Notes under the pieces: model-generated | Database searches by the model: none | Seen by the model: the letters and a program-made list of their open reading frames with translations, nothing else | Told to the model about the DNA's origin: nothing | IMG/VR virus record: IMGVR_UViG_3300037042_000951 | Span: 1 to 55,642 of that record | Source of the DNA: a virus | Taxonomy: Duplodnaviria; Caudoviricetes | Length of the DNA: 55,642 nt | Direction: 5' to 3' (one strand) | Shown here: in pieces, positions 16,214-25,509 of the stretch | Layout of the letters: each line of letters begins with the position of its first letter | How positions within the stretch are numbered: position 1 is the first letter of the stretch | Translations under genes and position numbers: made by a program

Positions 16214-19075
16214 ATGTCAGGATGGACAGTAGTAGACACAGCAACAAATAAATCGCTACCTGTAGGCGGCACACAAAATTCGGGTACAGGTGTTCCCTAT
16301 ACTGCGCCTGTACCTTGGTCACAAGACCCCGTACAGAAAATGCGGGTTTCAACACCTCAGTCGTTAGTTGATACGGACTTTGAATATGGTACTCAACCTA
16401 CCAAATGGGAGTCTATTGCCCTTCAAAATAACCGTCAAAGCTGCTATTACATTGCGCAGCAGCCTATAAACGTTACTTCTATTGTGGGTAACAGCAATGG
16501 TCAAGGCACAGTAAACATTACATTTACGGGGACTATTCCTAATAACACACCTATTTATATTCAAAACTCTCTACTCTCCACTATTAATGGTTGGGCGTGG
16601 GTTTATAATGGTGGAACAAATACTACAGTTATAGCATTTATAGCTCCGCCACTTGCAGGCACTCTTGGTATTATTAATGGTCAACAATACTATCGTGCTA
16701 CACTAAGCTACGTTTATCTTGGTTATTTTTACTCTACAGGCAGTATATATGTTACCAATATACAGATTCTTAGTGGTGTCTCAACTATAATTACTACTAA
16801 TGAATCTCACGGTTTAAGTGCTGGCAGTTATGTTTATTTAAACTCTGCTCGCATTTTTGGTACTAGTAACTTAGGTGGGGCGTATATCGTTGAGTCAGTC
16901 CCTAATTACAATCAACTTTATATAAGAACTAACGGTTTTACTTCTAACTTTGGTATTTCGTTTTTTAACACACAAGTTCTTTATGCTCGTCCAGCTGGAT
17001 ATGTTGAACCTCGTACTTTTGATGGGGGTGTAGCGTTTTCAGCAGGCGCAGCAGTTCCTAATACACAGTTGATCCGCCAAACAAGACGTTATTTCCGTTA
17101 TCAGTCTGGTAAAGGTCTGCAGTTTTCTACTGGTTCGTGTTTAAAACCAGCACTGTTTGTAAATAGTCTTAATAGTCTTGGTGGCGGTACTGTCCAAGTT
17201 ATTACTCGCTATAACCATAACTTAGTGGTCGGTACACGAATTCAAGTTCAGGGTGCTAATCAAGGTTACTTTAACGGTACATTTACAGTTACCGCTATAA
17301 TTTCACCAACTCAATTTTATTATGTAATTTCTTCAAGTGGTGTAATCCCTCCTGGTCTTGCAACAGGTCCTGGAATTAGAGTTACCCCGTTATCTTGGTA
17401 TGGTTCTGTTAGCCGTCTTGGTATGTTTGACCAACAGAATGGTATGTTCTTTGAGTATGATGGACAGCAGCTATATGCAGTTTTGCGCAATAGCATAAAT
17501 CAAATTAGCGGTACTGTTCAAGTATTTCAAGGTTTTTCACAAGTTAATGGCACTGGAACAGCGTTTACAACTCAGCTGCAGCCAGGTCAGTTTATCGTTA
17601 TTCGTGGACAAACCTATCGTATAGTTGACATTAATAGTGATACTTTACTGTATGTAAGCCCAGAGTATCGTGGGCAATCAACTTTTGACGCGCTTGTTTC
17701 TCAGACTGTTGATTTAAGAATCCCACAGTCTCAATGGAATTTAGATAGATGTGATGGCACAGGTCCTTCTGGCTACAACATTGATCTAACCCGTATGCAG
17801 ATGTGGTACATCGACTACTCTTGGTATGGTGCTGGTTTTATTCGTTATGGACTTCGTGGTACTAACGGTCAAGTTACTTATGTACACCAAATCCAGAACA
17901 ACAATAGACAGTTTGAAGCCTATATGCGTTCGGGTAACATGGGTGCTCACTACGAGTTGTCTAGCCTTGGACCAATAACATATCCAGTACAGCAGCTTGG
18001 AGCTAGTTCAGCAGCTCTTACTGCAGATGTATCAAACACGGCTACTACCCTCCCAGTTAACTTCACTGGTTCATTTAACACTGGCGGCGGTATAGTACAA
18101 ATTACTTCAGGGACTACTGAATATATTAGTTATTCTGGTATATCAGGACTTAATTTAACTGGCTGCGTTCGTGGTTTTGGCGGTACTAGGGCAAATGACT
18201 ATGTTAATGGAACCACTGTTACACCATCATCAATACAACTAGCTGACGCAACGGGGTTCCCACCTTCTGGTACTCTAAAAGTATCACAAGCGTTTAACGT
18301 CACTGAGTATATAAGTTACGCAGCTATAACAAGTAATGGTATTGCTTATGGTTTAATTAGAGGCGTTACTGGCGGTTTTCCAAGTGCGTTTAATTTCACT
18401 GGCGGTACGACCGTTTCTCTTGAACTAGCTTCTCCAGATGCTGTACCTTCTTTATCACATTGGGGTTCATCTGTAATTATGGATGGTCGCTTTGATGATG
18501 ATAAGTCGTTAATTTTTAACTACGGTACCGCACCATTAACAACTAATACGTCTACCACTCAACTTACTCCAATTCTTGCTATCCGTGTTGCACCATCTGT
18601 GGATAATGGTACTACTGGAGTACTTGGGGCAAGAGAAGTTATTAACCGTATGCAGTTAGAGTTAGTTCAATTAGGTATTTATGCAACTGGACCGTTATTG
18701 GTTAACTTAGTTTTAAACGGATTTGCTACAAATTTTAGTGGTCAGTTTACTTCGCCAATAACACAGGGTGTTGGGGCTTATACATCATCATTGGCTCAAA
18801 TCGCTGTAAATAATCTTAACTCTGCACAGTTACAAGGTGGTGAGTCTGTATCAGCTGCGTTTACCAATACAAACGGTGAAACGACCCTAGATTTGTCTGG
18901 AGTTCGTGATTTGGGCAACTCGATTATAGGTGGCGGCATATCCAACTCTGTACCGTCTTCTTATGCTGGTGTTTACCCAGATGGTCCAGACATTTTGTAT
19001 GTATGTGTAACTCCTTTGACAGCAACGGCTATTACAGTTAATGCTCGTTTGTCTTGGAAAGAAGCACAGGCTTAA
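16214..19075 (+). CDS. Large beta-rich virion (fibre/spike-like) protein
   Basis: 953 aa; RQTRRYFRYQSGKG and YIDYSWYGAG lectin-like core interrupted by small repeated beta domains. Confidence 0.7.
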   Translation: MSGWTVVDTATNKSLPVGGTQNSGTGVPYTAPVPWSQDPVQKMRVSTPQSLVDTDFEYGTQPTKWESIALQNNRQSCYYIAQQPINVTSIVGNSNGQGTVNITFTGTIPNNTPIYIQNSLLSTINGWAWVYNGGTNTTVIAFIAPPLAGTLGIINGQQYYRATLSYVYLGYFYSTGSIYVTNIQILSGVSTIITTNESHGLSAGSYVYLNSARIFGTSNLGGAYIVESVPNYNQLYIRTNGFTSNFGISFFNTQVLYARPAGYVEPRTFDGGVAFSAGAAVPNTQLIRQTRRYFRYQSGKGLQFSTGSCLKPALFVNSLNSLGGGTVQVITRYNHNLVVGTRIQVQGANQGYFNGTFTVTAIISPTQFYYVISSSGVIPPGLATGPGIRVTPLSWYGSVSRLGMFDQQNGMFFEYDGQQLYAVLRNSINQISGTVQVFQGFSQVNGTGTAFTTQLQPGQFIVIRGQTYRIVDINSDTLLYVSPEYRGQSTFDALVSQTVDLRIPQSQWNLDRCDGTGPSGYNIDLTRMQMWYIDYSWYGAGFIRYGLRGTNGQVTYVHQIQNNNRQFEAYMRSGNMGAHYELSSLGPITYPVQQLGASSAALTADVSNTATTLPVNFTGSFNTGGGIVQITSGTTEYISYSGISGLNLTGCVRGFGGTRANDYVNGTTVTPSSIQLADATGFPPSGTLKVSQAFNVTEYISYAAITSNGIAYGLIRGVTGGFPSAFNFTGGTTVSLELASPDAVPSLSHWGSSVIMDGRFDDDKSLIFNYGTAPLTTNTSTTQLTPILAIRVAPSVDNGTTGVLGAREVINRMQLELVQLGIYATGPLLVNLVLNGFATNFSGQFTSPITQGVGAYTSSLAQIAVNNLNSAQLQGGESVSAAFTNTNGETTLDLSGVRDLGNSIIGGGISNSVPSSYAGVYPDGPDILYVCVTPLTATAITVNARLSWKEAQA

Positions 19076-19078
19076 TGT

Positions 19079-19399
19079 ATGGCAAAGTCTCCCGCATGGA
19101 CTCGCAAAGAAGGTAAGAACCCTGAAGGCGGCTTAAATGCCAAGGGCAGGGCGTCTTACAATGCTGCTAACCCTGGGAAACCAGGGCTAAAGCGTCCACA
19201 GCCAGAAGGTGGCTCAAGGCGGGATTCGTTCTGCGCTCGCATGAAGGGTATGAAACGTAAGTTAACTTCAGCCAAAACAGCTAACGACCCAGATAGTCGC
19301 ATCAACAAGTCTTTACGGGCTTGGAACTGCAAAGAAGGTGGGGCTGTTCGTGGCGGCGGCTGCGAGATTCGTGGCAAGACCAAAGGGAGAATGGTATGA
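19079..19399 (+). CDS. Small basic protein (DUF6321-like) with C-terminal GG/GKT tag
   Basis: GKNPEGGLNAKGR...RRDSFCARM...LRAWNC followed by KEGGAVRGGGCEIRGKTKGRMV. Confidence 0.8.
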   Translation: MAKSPAWTRKEGKNPEGGLNAKGRASYNAANPGKPGLKRPQPEGGSRRDSFCARMKGMKRKLTSAKTANDPDSRINKSLRAWNCKEGGAVRGGGCEIRGKTKGRMV

Positions 19400-19932
19400 G
19401 ACTTACAGGTCTTAATAAATCAATAACAAATGCGCTTGGGAAACTATCCCCCCAACCTAAACAAACAATTGTAAAAGGTCCTATAGGGTTTCCCGCTGGC
19501 GGTATGGGCGCTGCAATGAGAGGTGGTAGTGGCTTAACCCCAGTCGCAAGTCAAAGTGGTAGTGGCTTAACCCCAGTCGCAAGTCAAAGTGGTAGTGGCT
19601 TAACCCCAGTCGCAAGTCAAAGTGGTAGTGCTATGGGAATTACTCCCCCACCTGGAGGTGCTGGTTTAGCTTCTATGTCAACACAGCAAATGCAAGGGAT
19701 ACTAAAAGGAACGCCAGTAGGTTACTCTGGGCCTAAAATGACAAGTTTTTTTGGAAACAAACCACTTGCACGACACCAATTACAACAACCACCAACGCGT
19801 ATGAAAGAAGGTGGTTCAGTTAAAAATAAAACTAGCAGTAAAACCTACAAATCTGGTGGTTCTGTATCATCTGCCTCTAAACGTGCTGATGGCTGTGCTA
19901 TTAAAGGTAAGACCAGAGGAAAAATGGTATGA
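19396..19932 (+). CDS. Low-complexity basic protein with C-terminal tag (probable start ATG 19396)
   Basis: ATGA overlap with the upstream stop; ends KSGGSVSSASKRADGCAIKGKTRGKMV. Confidence 0.8.
   Translation: MRLTGLNKSITNALGKLSPQPKQTIVKGPIGFPAGGMGAAMRGGSGLTPVASQSGSGLTPVASQSGSGLTPVASQSGSAMGITPPPGGAGLASMSTQQMQGILKGTPVGYSGPKMTSFFGNKPLARHQLQQPPTRMKEGGSVKNKTSSKTYKSGGSVSSASKRADGCAIKGKTRGKMV
19523..19630 (+). repeat. 33-bp perfect tandem repeat, about 3.3 copies
   Basis: Encodes (SGLTPVASQSG)3. Confidence 0.95.
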
Positions 19933-20162
19933 ATGCGTTGGAACTTTGGACTGGCGGACTTACAATATTTATAGCGTTTATTGGGTACGTCATGCACGAA
20001 AAATTCAACGAACTAAAACGAATTGATATTCTATTAAACAAGACAAGAGAAGAGGTAGCCCGTGAAAACGTTACTAAAACAGAAGTTAAAAACATTATGG
20101 AGCACATTGATGCTCGCTTTAACAAGCTTGAAAGCAAAATTGACCAGCTTATTCAAAAGTAA
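19929..20162 (+). CDS. Small membrane protein (N-terminal TM + coiled coil)
   Basis: LWTGGLTIFIAFIGYVM followed by a heptad-rich tail. Confidence 0.75.
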   Translation: MNALELWTGGLTIFIAFIGYVMHEKFNELKRIDILLNKTREEVARENVTKTEVKNIMEHIDARFNKLESKIDQLIQK

Positions 20163-20165
20163 ATA

Positions 20166-20519
20166 ATGCCAAGTACATCTAAAAAGCAACATAAATTCAT
20201 GGCGGCGGTAGCCAAAAATCCATCGTTTGCCAAAAAAGTAGGAGTACCTGCTAGCGTTGGGCAGGAATTTTTAACTGCCGACAAAGGCAAAAAATTCAAT
20301 AAAGGTGGAGCTATGAAACACGAAGACATTAAGATGGACAAGAAGGTTGTCAAAAAAGCCGTTGGTATGCATGATAAACAACAGCATGGTGGTAAAAAAA
20401 CTAATCTAGCTACTCTTAAAAAAGGTGGCTCGGTATTTCGTAAAGCCGCTGACGGTGTTGCTACTAAAGGCAAGACCAAGGCTACTATGATTAAGATGAA
20501 TAAAGGCGGAGCTTGCTAA
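20166..20519 (+). CDS. Small Lys-rich protein with tag variant
   Basis: Ends LKKGGSVFRKAADGVATKGKTKATMIKMNKGGAC. Confidence 0.8.
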   Translation: MPSTSKKQHKFMAAVAKNPSFAKKVGVPASVGQEFLTADKGKKFNKGGAMKHEDIKMDKKVVKKAVGMHDKQQHGGKKTNLATLKKGGSVFRKAADGVATKGKTKATMIKMNKGGAC

Positions 20520-20520
20520 T

Positions 20521-21315
20521 ATGAAAAAGAAGATTCGTAAGTTTCAAGAAGGCGGCTTTAGCGCTGAGCAAGAAGAATGGCTAGGCGGAGCTGACCGTAC
20601 TGACCCATATATTTTGGCTCGCATGCGTAGAGCCGTGCCTGATAAGAAACCTATGGCTTCTGAAATGGGGGATGATTCCCCTGCAGGTAAATCTGGTTAT
20701 GGCGAAGAAAATGAATTACCGACCACTACTAGAGTCCCCAACGCCCCCACTAAGACCTCTACTGCGACTGTATCTAAACCCCCTGTTAAAAAACCTAGCC
20801 AAGCAGAAATAGATGCAGAGAAAAAACGCATGGAAGACATTGGCAAAAAGCAAGGTCTAAAAGGGTTTTATCCAGAAGAAATGCTTATTGGCGGCGGTGG
20901 TTTAAAAGTTCTACGGGAAGCAGGTAAAGCATTAGCTGGAAAAATAGCTGGAAACCGTGCATTAAAAGAGTATGTAGTGCCAAAACTACCTGCTCCTTCC
21001 TCTGGCTCTGGTACTCCTGCTTTACCCTCACCTACTCCAAAACTGACTTATGACAAGGCTGGTGCAAGGGCTAAAGCTCGTACCGAGCGGGCAGAAATGC
21101 GTGATGAGACTATGCGTAGAGAAAATGCTGAGCGATACGGCGTAACAGATACTGAAGCCCCTGGATATGAAGCACTACGTGGCGCGTTCATGCGTAAGGG
21201 TGGTAGAGTAAAAACTAAGACCAAATCCTATAAATCTGGCGGTACAGTATCCTCGGCTTCTAAACGAGCAGATGGTATTGCTACCAAAGGTAAAACCCGT
21301 GGGAAGATGTGCTAA
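20521..21315 (+). CDS. Disordered protein with C-terminal tag
   Basis: Ends YKSGGTVSSASKRADGIATKGKTRGKMC. Confidence 0.8.
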   Translation: MKKKIRKFQEGGFSAEQEEWLGGADRTDPYILARMRRAVPDKKPMASEMGDDSPAGKSGYGEENELPTTTRVPNAPTKTSTATVSKPPVKKPSQAEIDAEKKRMEDIGKKQGLKGFYPEEMLIGGGGLKVLREAGKALAGKIAGNRALKEYVVPKLPAPSSGSGTPALPSPTPKLTYDKAGARAKARTERAEMRDETMRRENAERYGVTDTEAPGYEALRGAFMRKGGRVKTKTKSYKSGGTVSSASKRADGIATKGKTRGKMC

Positions 21316-21849
21316 ATGCCGATTGAGCCTGTAGACCCTTCTAAAAAGGTTGGCGATGGTAAGAGTGATAAATACACTCCTCCCAAGGAAAAGTTCGGAC
21401 CTAGCGAGTACGATAAGGCAGCAGAGAAAGTGAAGCAAGATAACGAAAAACAACAAATTCGCAAGATGGGGGATGCTTTAGATAAAGCAGGTGTACCGCT
21501 CCCTAAAAAAGAGGCGTTCCCAAAAACCACAGCAGCATTTGAAGAAATTGCTAGATCTGATGCAGAGCGTGAAACGCGTAAAGCTAGGGCTGAAGTAAGC
21601 AGGATAGCAGGAGAGCAAAAAGCAAAAGTTAAAGCTGAAAGCCCCCGCACGTATACGGAAAGACTGCAAGATATGGGCAGACTGCCTAAACCTAGCGGTG
21701 CAGTTGGGGCAAAAATTGAACTTGAAAAAGGCATGATGGGTAGTAATATGCCAAAACCTAAGTTAAAAGCTGGTGGAGTAGTATCCTCTGCTTCTAAACG
21801 GGCTGATGGGTGTGCAGTTAAAGGTAAAACTAGAGGAAAAATGGTATGA
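21316..21849 (+). CDS. Charged protein with C-terminal tag
   Basis: Ends LKAGGVVSSASKRADGCAVKGKTRGKMV. Confidence 0.8.
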   Translation: MPIEPVDPSKKVGDGKSDKYTPPKEKFGPSEYDKAAEKVKQDNEKQQIRKMGDALDKAGVPLPKKEAFPKTTAAFEEIARSDAERETRKARAEVSRIAGEQKAKVKAESPRTYTERLQDMGRLPKPSGAVGAKIELEKGMMGSNMPKPKLKAGGVVSSASKRADGCAVKGKTRGKMV

Positions 21850-22118
21850 GACCTAGTCGTGGAATGGGAGCTATAAACCCTTCTAAAATGCCTGGTGCCA
21901 AGAAAAAGGCGCGTAGGGACGACACCGACTTTACCCAATTTAAAGAAGGCGGTAAGGTTAATGCTGCGGGTAATTACACCAAACCCAGTTTGCGTAAGCG
22001 GATTGTTTCTCAGGTGAAAGCAGCTGCAACACATGGTACTGGCGCAGGTCAATGGTCAGCTCGTAAAGCGCAGTTAGTAGCTAAAAAATATAAGGCGGCT
22101 GGCGGTGGCTATAAATGA
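21846..22118 (+). CDS. DUF5872-like N-terminal half
   Basis: YTKPSLRKRI...GQWSARKAQLVAKKYKAAGGGY. Confidence 0.7.
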   Translation: MRPSRGMGAINPSKMPGAKKKARRDDTDFTQFKEGGKVNAAGNYTKPSLRKRIVSQVKAAATHGTGAGQWSARKAQLVAKKYKAAGGGYK

Positions 22119-22363
22119 GTGGATTGGCAAAATCTCAGCGTTCTTTAAAGGCTTGGGGAGACCAGAAGTGGACAACCAAGTCAGGGAAGAAGTCGTCCGA
22201 GACAGGAGAAAGGTACCTGCCAAAAAAAGCAATCGAAGCCCTAAGCCCACAGGAGTACGCAGCAACAACACGAGCAAAACGAGCAGGAAAAGCACAGGGA
22301 AAGCAGTTCGTCCCGCAACCAAAAGCAGTAAAAGCAAAAGTAAAACCATTTAGGAAAATTTAA
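22115..22363 (+). CDS. DUF5872-like C-terminal half
   Basis: QRSLKAWGDQKWTTKSG...RYLPKKAIEALSPQEYAAT; ATGA-coupled. Confidence 0.7.
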   Translation: MSGLAKSQRSLKAWGDQKWTTKSGKKSSETGERYLPKKAIEALSPQEYAATTRAKRAGKAQGKQFVPQPKAVKAKVKPFRKI

Positions 22364-22377
22364 GAAAGGTATTAAAA

Positions 22378-22659
22378 ATGATTACGTTCACTCTTGATAA
22401 CAGAGCAGCAGAAGCAATGATGGCAACACTTAATGCCAATATCCCAAATGCTTCTTTTGTCCAAGAACTAAATGTTCAATACACTGAACAAACTGTTGTA
22501 GATATAATTGTGCCGCCAGAGCCAGTAGCTGAACCAGCTGAACCAGTAGTTGAGGCTGAGCCAGTAGTTGATGCTGAGCCAGAAACATTAGCTCCTGCTG
22601 AGACGTCAGCCCCACCAGAAGATGCACCAGAGGGATTAATTACGCCAGAGCAAGAGTAA
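22378..22659 (+). CDS. Acidic Pro/Glu-rich hypothetical protein
   Basis: 93 aa, in operon orientation, with RBS. Confidence 0.65.
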   Translation: MITFTLDNRAAEAMMATLNANIPNASFVQELNVQYTEQTVVDIIVPPEPVAEPAEPVVEAEPVVDAEPETLAPAETSAPPEDAPEGLITPEQE

Positions 22660-22662
22660 ACC

Positions 22663-23601
22663 ATGACTACATCCAGCACTACTACGTTTAATTTAGACCT
22701 CAATAACCTTGTTGAAGAGGCTTTTGAGCGTTGTGGCGCTGAAATTCGTTCTGGTTATGATATGCGGACTGCCCGCAGGTCTTTAAATTTATTGACTATT
22801 GAGTGGGCAAACCGTGGTATTAACCTGTGGACTATTGAGCAAGGTCAGATTCCAATTGTTACTGGGCAGCTGTCTTACCCCATTCCTTCTGACACAATTG
22901 ATCTTTTAGACCATGTAATTCGTAATGGGTCTGGGCAGAATCAGATAGATATTAATATCAGCCGTATTTCGGAGTCTACTTACTCTACGATTCCTAATAA
23001 GAATGCGCAGGGAAGACCTATTCAAGTCTGGATTAACCGTCAATCGGGTATGACTAACGCAGTTGCAGCAACTACTTTAATAGGGAATGGCACCTCAATT
23101 ATTCAAATTAACCCAACAGATACCACAATTGTAGTTGCCAATGCTTCTGGGTTAGCTACATCTGGCTATATTAAGATTGATTCAGAAACGATTGGTTACT
23201 CAAATGTATCAGGTAATCAACTATTAAATTGTTCTCGTGGGCAAAACAGTACAACCGCAGCCATACATTTTGCAGGCGCTCCTATCTATGTTCAAAACCT
23301 ACCAAATATCAATGTTTGGCCTACTGGAGATGGTGGGGGTCCGTACACATTTGTTTACTGGCGGTTAAGAAGAGTTCAAGATGCTGGTAATGGCGTTACA
23401 GAACAAGATATTCCTTTTAGATTTTTACCTTGTATGGTTGCTGGGTTAGCTTTTTACTTATCCCAAAAGTTACCAGATGCGTTGCCAAGAATGCAGTTTC
23501 TAAAGGCAGAATACGAAGAGCAGTGGTTAATGGCTTCTACAGAAGACAGAGATAAGGCAGCTAACCGATATGTACCTCGAAGTTTATATTATTCGGGGTA
23601 A
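22663..23601 (+). CDS. Head-tail adaptor/connector protein with an inserted beta domain
   Basis: Helical N-terminus (LVEEAFERCG..ARRSLNLL..WANRG), beta middle and helical C-terminus (CMVAGLAFYL), typical of podophage adaptors. Confidence 0.65.
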   Translation: MTTSSTTTFNLDLNNLVEEAFERCGAEIRSGYDMRTARRSLNLLTIEWANRGINLWTIEQGQIPIVTGQLSYPIPSDTIDLLDHVIRNGSGQNQIDINISRISESTYSTIPNKNAQGRPIQVWINRQSGMTNAVAATTLIGNGTSIIQINPTDTTIVVANASGLATSGYIKIDSETIGYSNVSGNQLLNCSRGQNSTTAAIHFAGAPIYVQNLPNINVWPTGDGGGPYTFVYWRLRRVQDAGNGVTEQDIPFRFLPCMVAGLAFYLSQKLPDALPRMQFLKAEYEEQWLMASTEDRDKAANRYVPRSLYYSG

Positions 23602-23604
23602 ATC

Positions 23605-24027
23605 GTGCCTAGTAAATTTAGTAGTGGTAAATATGCAATTGCCGAATGTGATCGGTGTGGGCAGCAATATAAGTTAAAACAGCTTAGAAAGCTGATCGTT
23701 AAACAACAAATATACGACATTAAAGTTTGTCCTACTTGTTGGGACCCAGATCAACCGCAGTTATCGTTGGGGCTATATCCAGTAAATGATCCACAGGCAT
23801 TACGAGAGCCAAGACCCGATATTAGCTATGTAAATTCAGGTTTAAATGGCTTACAATTGACTGAAACGATAACCACTAATGTTGACAGTAACGGGCAGGT
23901 TAGTGGGGGTAGTAGAACTATCCAGTGGGGGTGGAACCCTGTGGGCGGGGCTAGTAGTTTTGATAGTGAGCTAACCCCTAATAATTTAATTGCAGTAGGG
24001 CAAGTAGGTACGGTAACGGTAACATAA
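23605..24027 (+). CDS. Conserved Zn-ribbon virion-module protein
   Basis: CDRCG...CPTCWD, PQAL.EPRPD. Confidence 0.7.
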   Translation: MPSKFSSGKYAIAECDRCGQQYKLKQLRKLIVKQQIYDIKVCPTCWDPDQPQLSLGLYPVNDPQALREPRPDISYVNSGLNGLQLTETITTNVDSNGQVSGGSRTIQWGWNPVGGASSFDSELTPNNLIAVGQVGTVTVT

Positions 24028-24037
24028 GGAGATTATT

Positions 24038-24220
24038 GTGGGATACAAAAAAGATGCAGATGGCGTAGTTAGCAAAGGTAAGACTGATGCTAAAGTTTTC
24101 CCTAATGACGGTGCAAAAATCGTTGATAAGGGTCCAAAAGGTAGCAAAAGTAGCCTTAATAAGAATATGAAGTCTATGGGTCGTAATATGGCTCGTTGCG
24201 CTAATCAAAGGGGTCGATAA
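24038..24220 (+). CDS. Small basic protein with tag-like N-terminus
   Basis: SD AAGGAG + GTG; YKKDADGVVSKGKT. Confidence 0.7.
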   Translation: MGYKKDADGVVSKGKTDAKVFPNDGAKIVDKGPKGSKSSLNKNMKSMGRNMARCANQRGR

Positions 24221-24513
24221 TGGCTAAGTACTCTAAAAAAGTAATGGGTAAAGAAGTTGGCAACGCTGAAGTATATGCTGAGCCACATACCATGTCAGGT
24301 AAAAAAATTGGTACAAAAGAGGCTATGAAGGCTGTTAGCCGTCCCCCTGATCCAAACACCTTGTTGGCTAAACAATCGACTCCAGGTGGGCAGAACGTTG
24401 CTCGTGTCAGCATGGGTGATCCAGCTAGTGATAATGTCAAAACAACTGGTATCAAAATGAGGGGCACGGGCGCAGCAACTAAAGGTGTGATGTCTCGTGG
24501 ACCAATGGGCTAA
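24220..24513 (+). CDS. Small basic protein
   Basis: Ends GIKMRGTGAATKGVMSRGPMG. Confidence 0.75.
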   Translation: MAKYSKKVMGKEVGNAEVYAEPHTMSGKKIGTKEAMKAVSRPPDPNTLLAKQSTPGGQNVARVSMGDPASDNVKTTGIKMRGTGAATKGVMSRGPMG

Positions 24514-24525
24514 GGGTAAACCCTA

Positions 24526-25218
24526 ATGAACTACACTACTTTATTTACGACGATTAAGGGGTACGTTGAGAACGACTTTCCAGCTGCGTCATATACAAAC
24601 GTAGCGGGTACAGGCACGACTGGACTAACTTCTACGGAGCAAATTAATACATTTATTAGGCAGGCTGAACAACGTATATACAACACAGTACAGCTTCCAG
24701 CTTTAAGAAAAAATGTAACAGGTGCGTGTTTAGCAGGTAATCAATACCTAGGTATGCCTTCTGATTGGCTAGCTATGTTTTCTTTGGCTGTTATTCAACC
24801 TTCTGGCAGTATTACTGGAGGGCAGTCATTCTTACTTAATAAAGATGTAGAGTTTATTAGAGAGTCGTTTCCTTTCCCAGCTGTCGTCGGTGTGCCGTCT
24901 CATTACGCTATTTTTGACTCTAATACGTGTATTTTGGGACCAACTCCAGACAGTAGCTATTCGTTTGAAATGCACTATTACTATTATCCAGAAAGCATAG
25001 TTACGTCTAATAATACTTGGCTTGGTAATAATTTTGACTCAGCTTTGCTTTATGGTTCTTTATTAGAGGGCTACACCTATATGAAGGGTGAGGCAGATGT
25101 AATTGCAAACTATCAAAAAAGGTACGATGAGTCTATGGCGTTACTGAAACAATTAGGTGATGGCAAAGATCGACAAGATATGTACCGCACAGGTCAAGTA
25201 AGGTACCCAGTCAAATGA
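24526..25218 (+). CDS. Head-tail adaptor / tail tubular protein A-like
   Basis: FIRQAEQRIY, GPTPD, ALLYGSLLE pattern. Confidence 0.7.
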   Translation: MNYTTLFTTIKGYVENDFPAASYTNVAGTGTTGLTSTEQINTFIRQAEQRIYNTVQLPALRKNVTGACLAGNQYLGMPSDWLAMFSLAVIQPSGSITGGQSFLLNKDVEFIRESFPFPAVVGVPSHYAIFDSNTCILGPTPDSSYSFEMHYYYYPESIVTSNNTWLGNNFDSALLYGSLLEGYTYMKGEADVIANYQKRYDESMALLKQLGDGKDRQDMYRTGQVRYPVK

Positions 25219-25508
25219 TAATTACACAAGAAAATGGCACTGCTGTTGTAGGAAACGTGTTTGTACGGACTGTGGACAACCGTGGTCTTACACCAGAAGA
25301 ACTTGCAGAAACAGCACTTGATAAGATTCTTTACGTTGGAGATCAATCTCACCCAGCAATTCGTGAACAGGCTTTAGTTTTTAAAGAACATATCCGTGAG
25401 ATATTAGTAGTTTATATGAAAGAAGCGGTTAAAAACGATCGGGCGACTATTGCGAATAAATTAAAAAACGCTGGGCATCCTGAATTAATTAGTTTATTAG
25501 GAGAATAA
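25215..25508 (+). CDS. Conserved hypothetical protein
   Basis: 97 aa, coupled to its neighbours. Confidence 0.7.
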   Translation: MIITQENGTAVVGNVFVRTVDNRGLTPEELAETALDKILYVGDQSHPAIREQALVFKEHIREILVVYMKEAVKNDRATIANKLKNAGHPELISLLGE

Positions 25509-25509
25509 A

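Noticed and set aside
19523-19630. 33-bp repeats as a mini-CRISPR
   Set aside because: Head-to-tail with no spacers, and in frame within a gene.
22080-22118. Programmed -1 frameshift fusing the DUF5872-like halves
   Set aside because: The A6 run is followed by a stop in the -1 frame, and there is no canonical slippery heptamer at the junction.
22105-22353. Alternative-frame 82-aa ORF
   Set aside because: The overlapping frame 22115..22363 carries the recognisable motifs and ATGA coupling.
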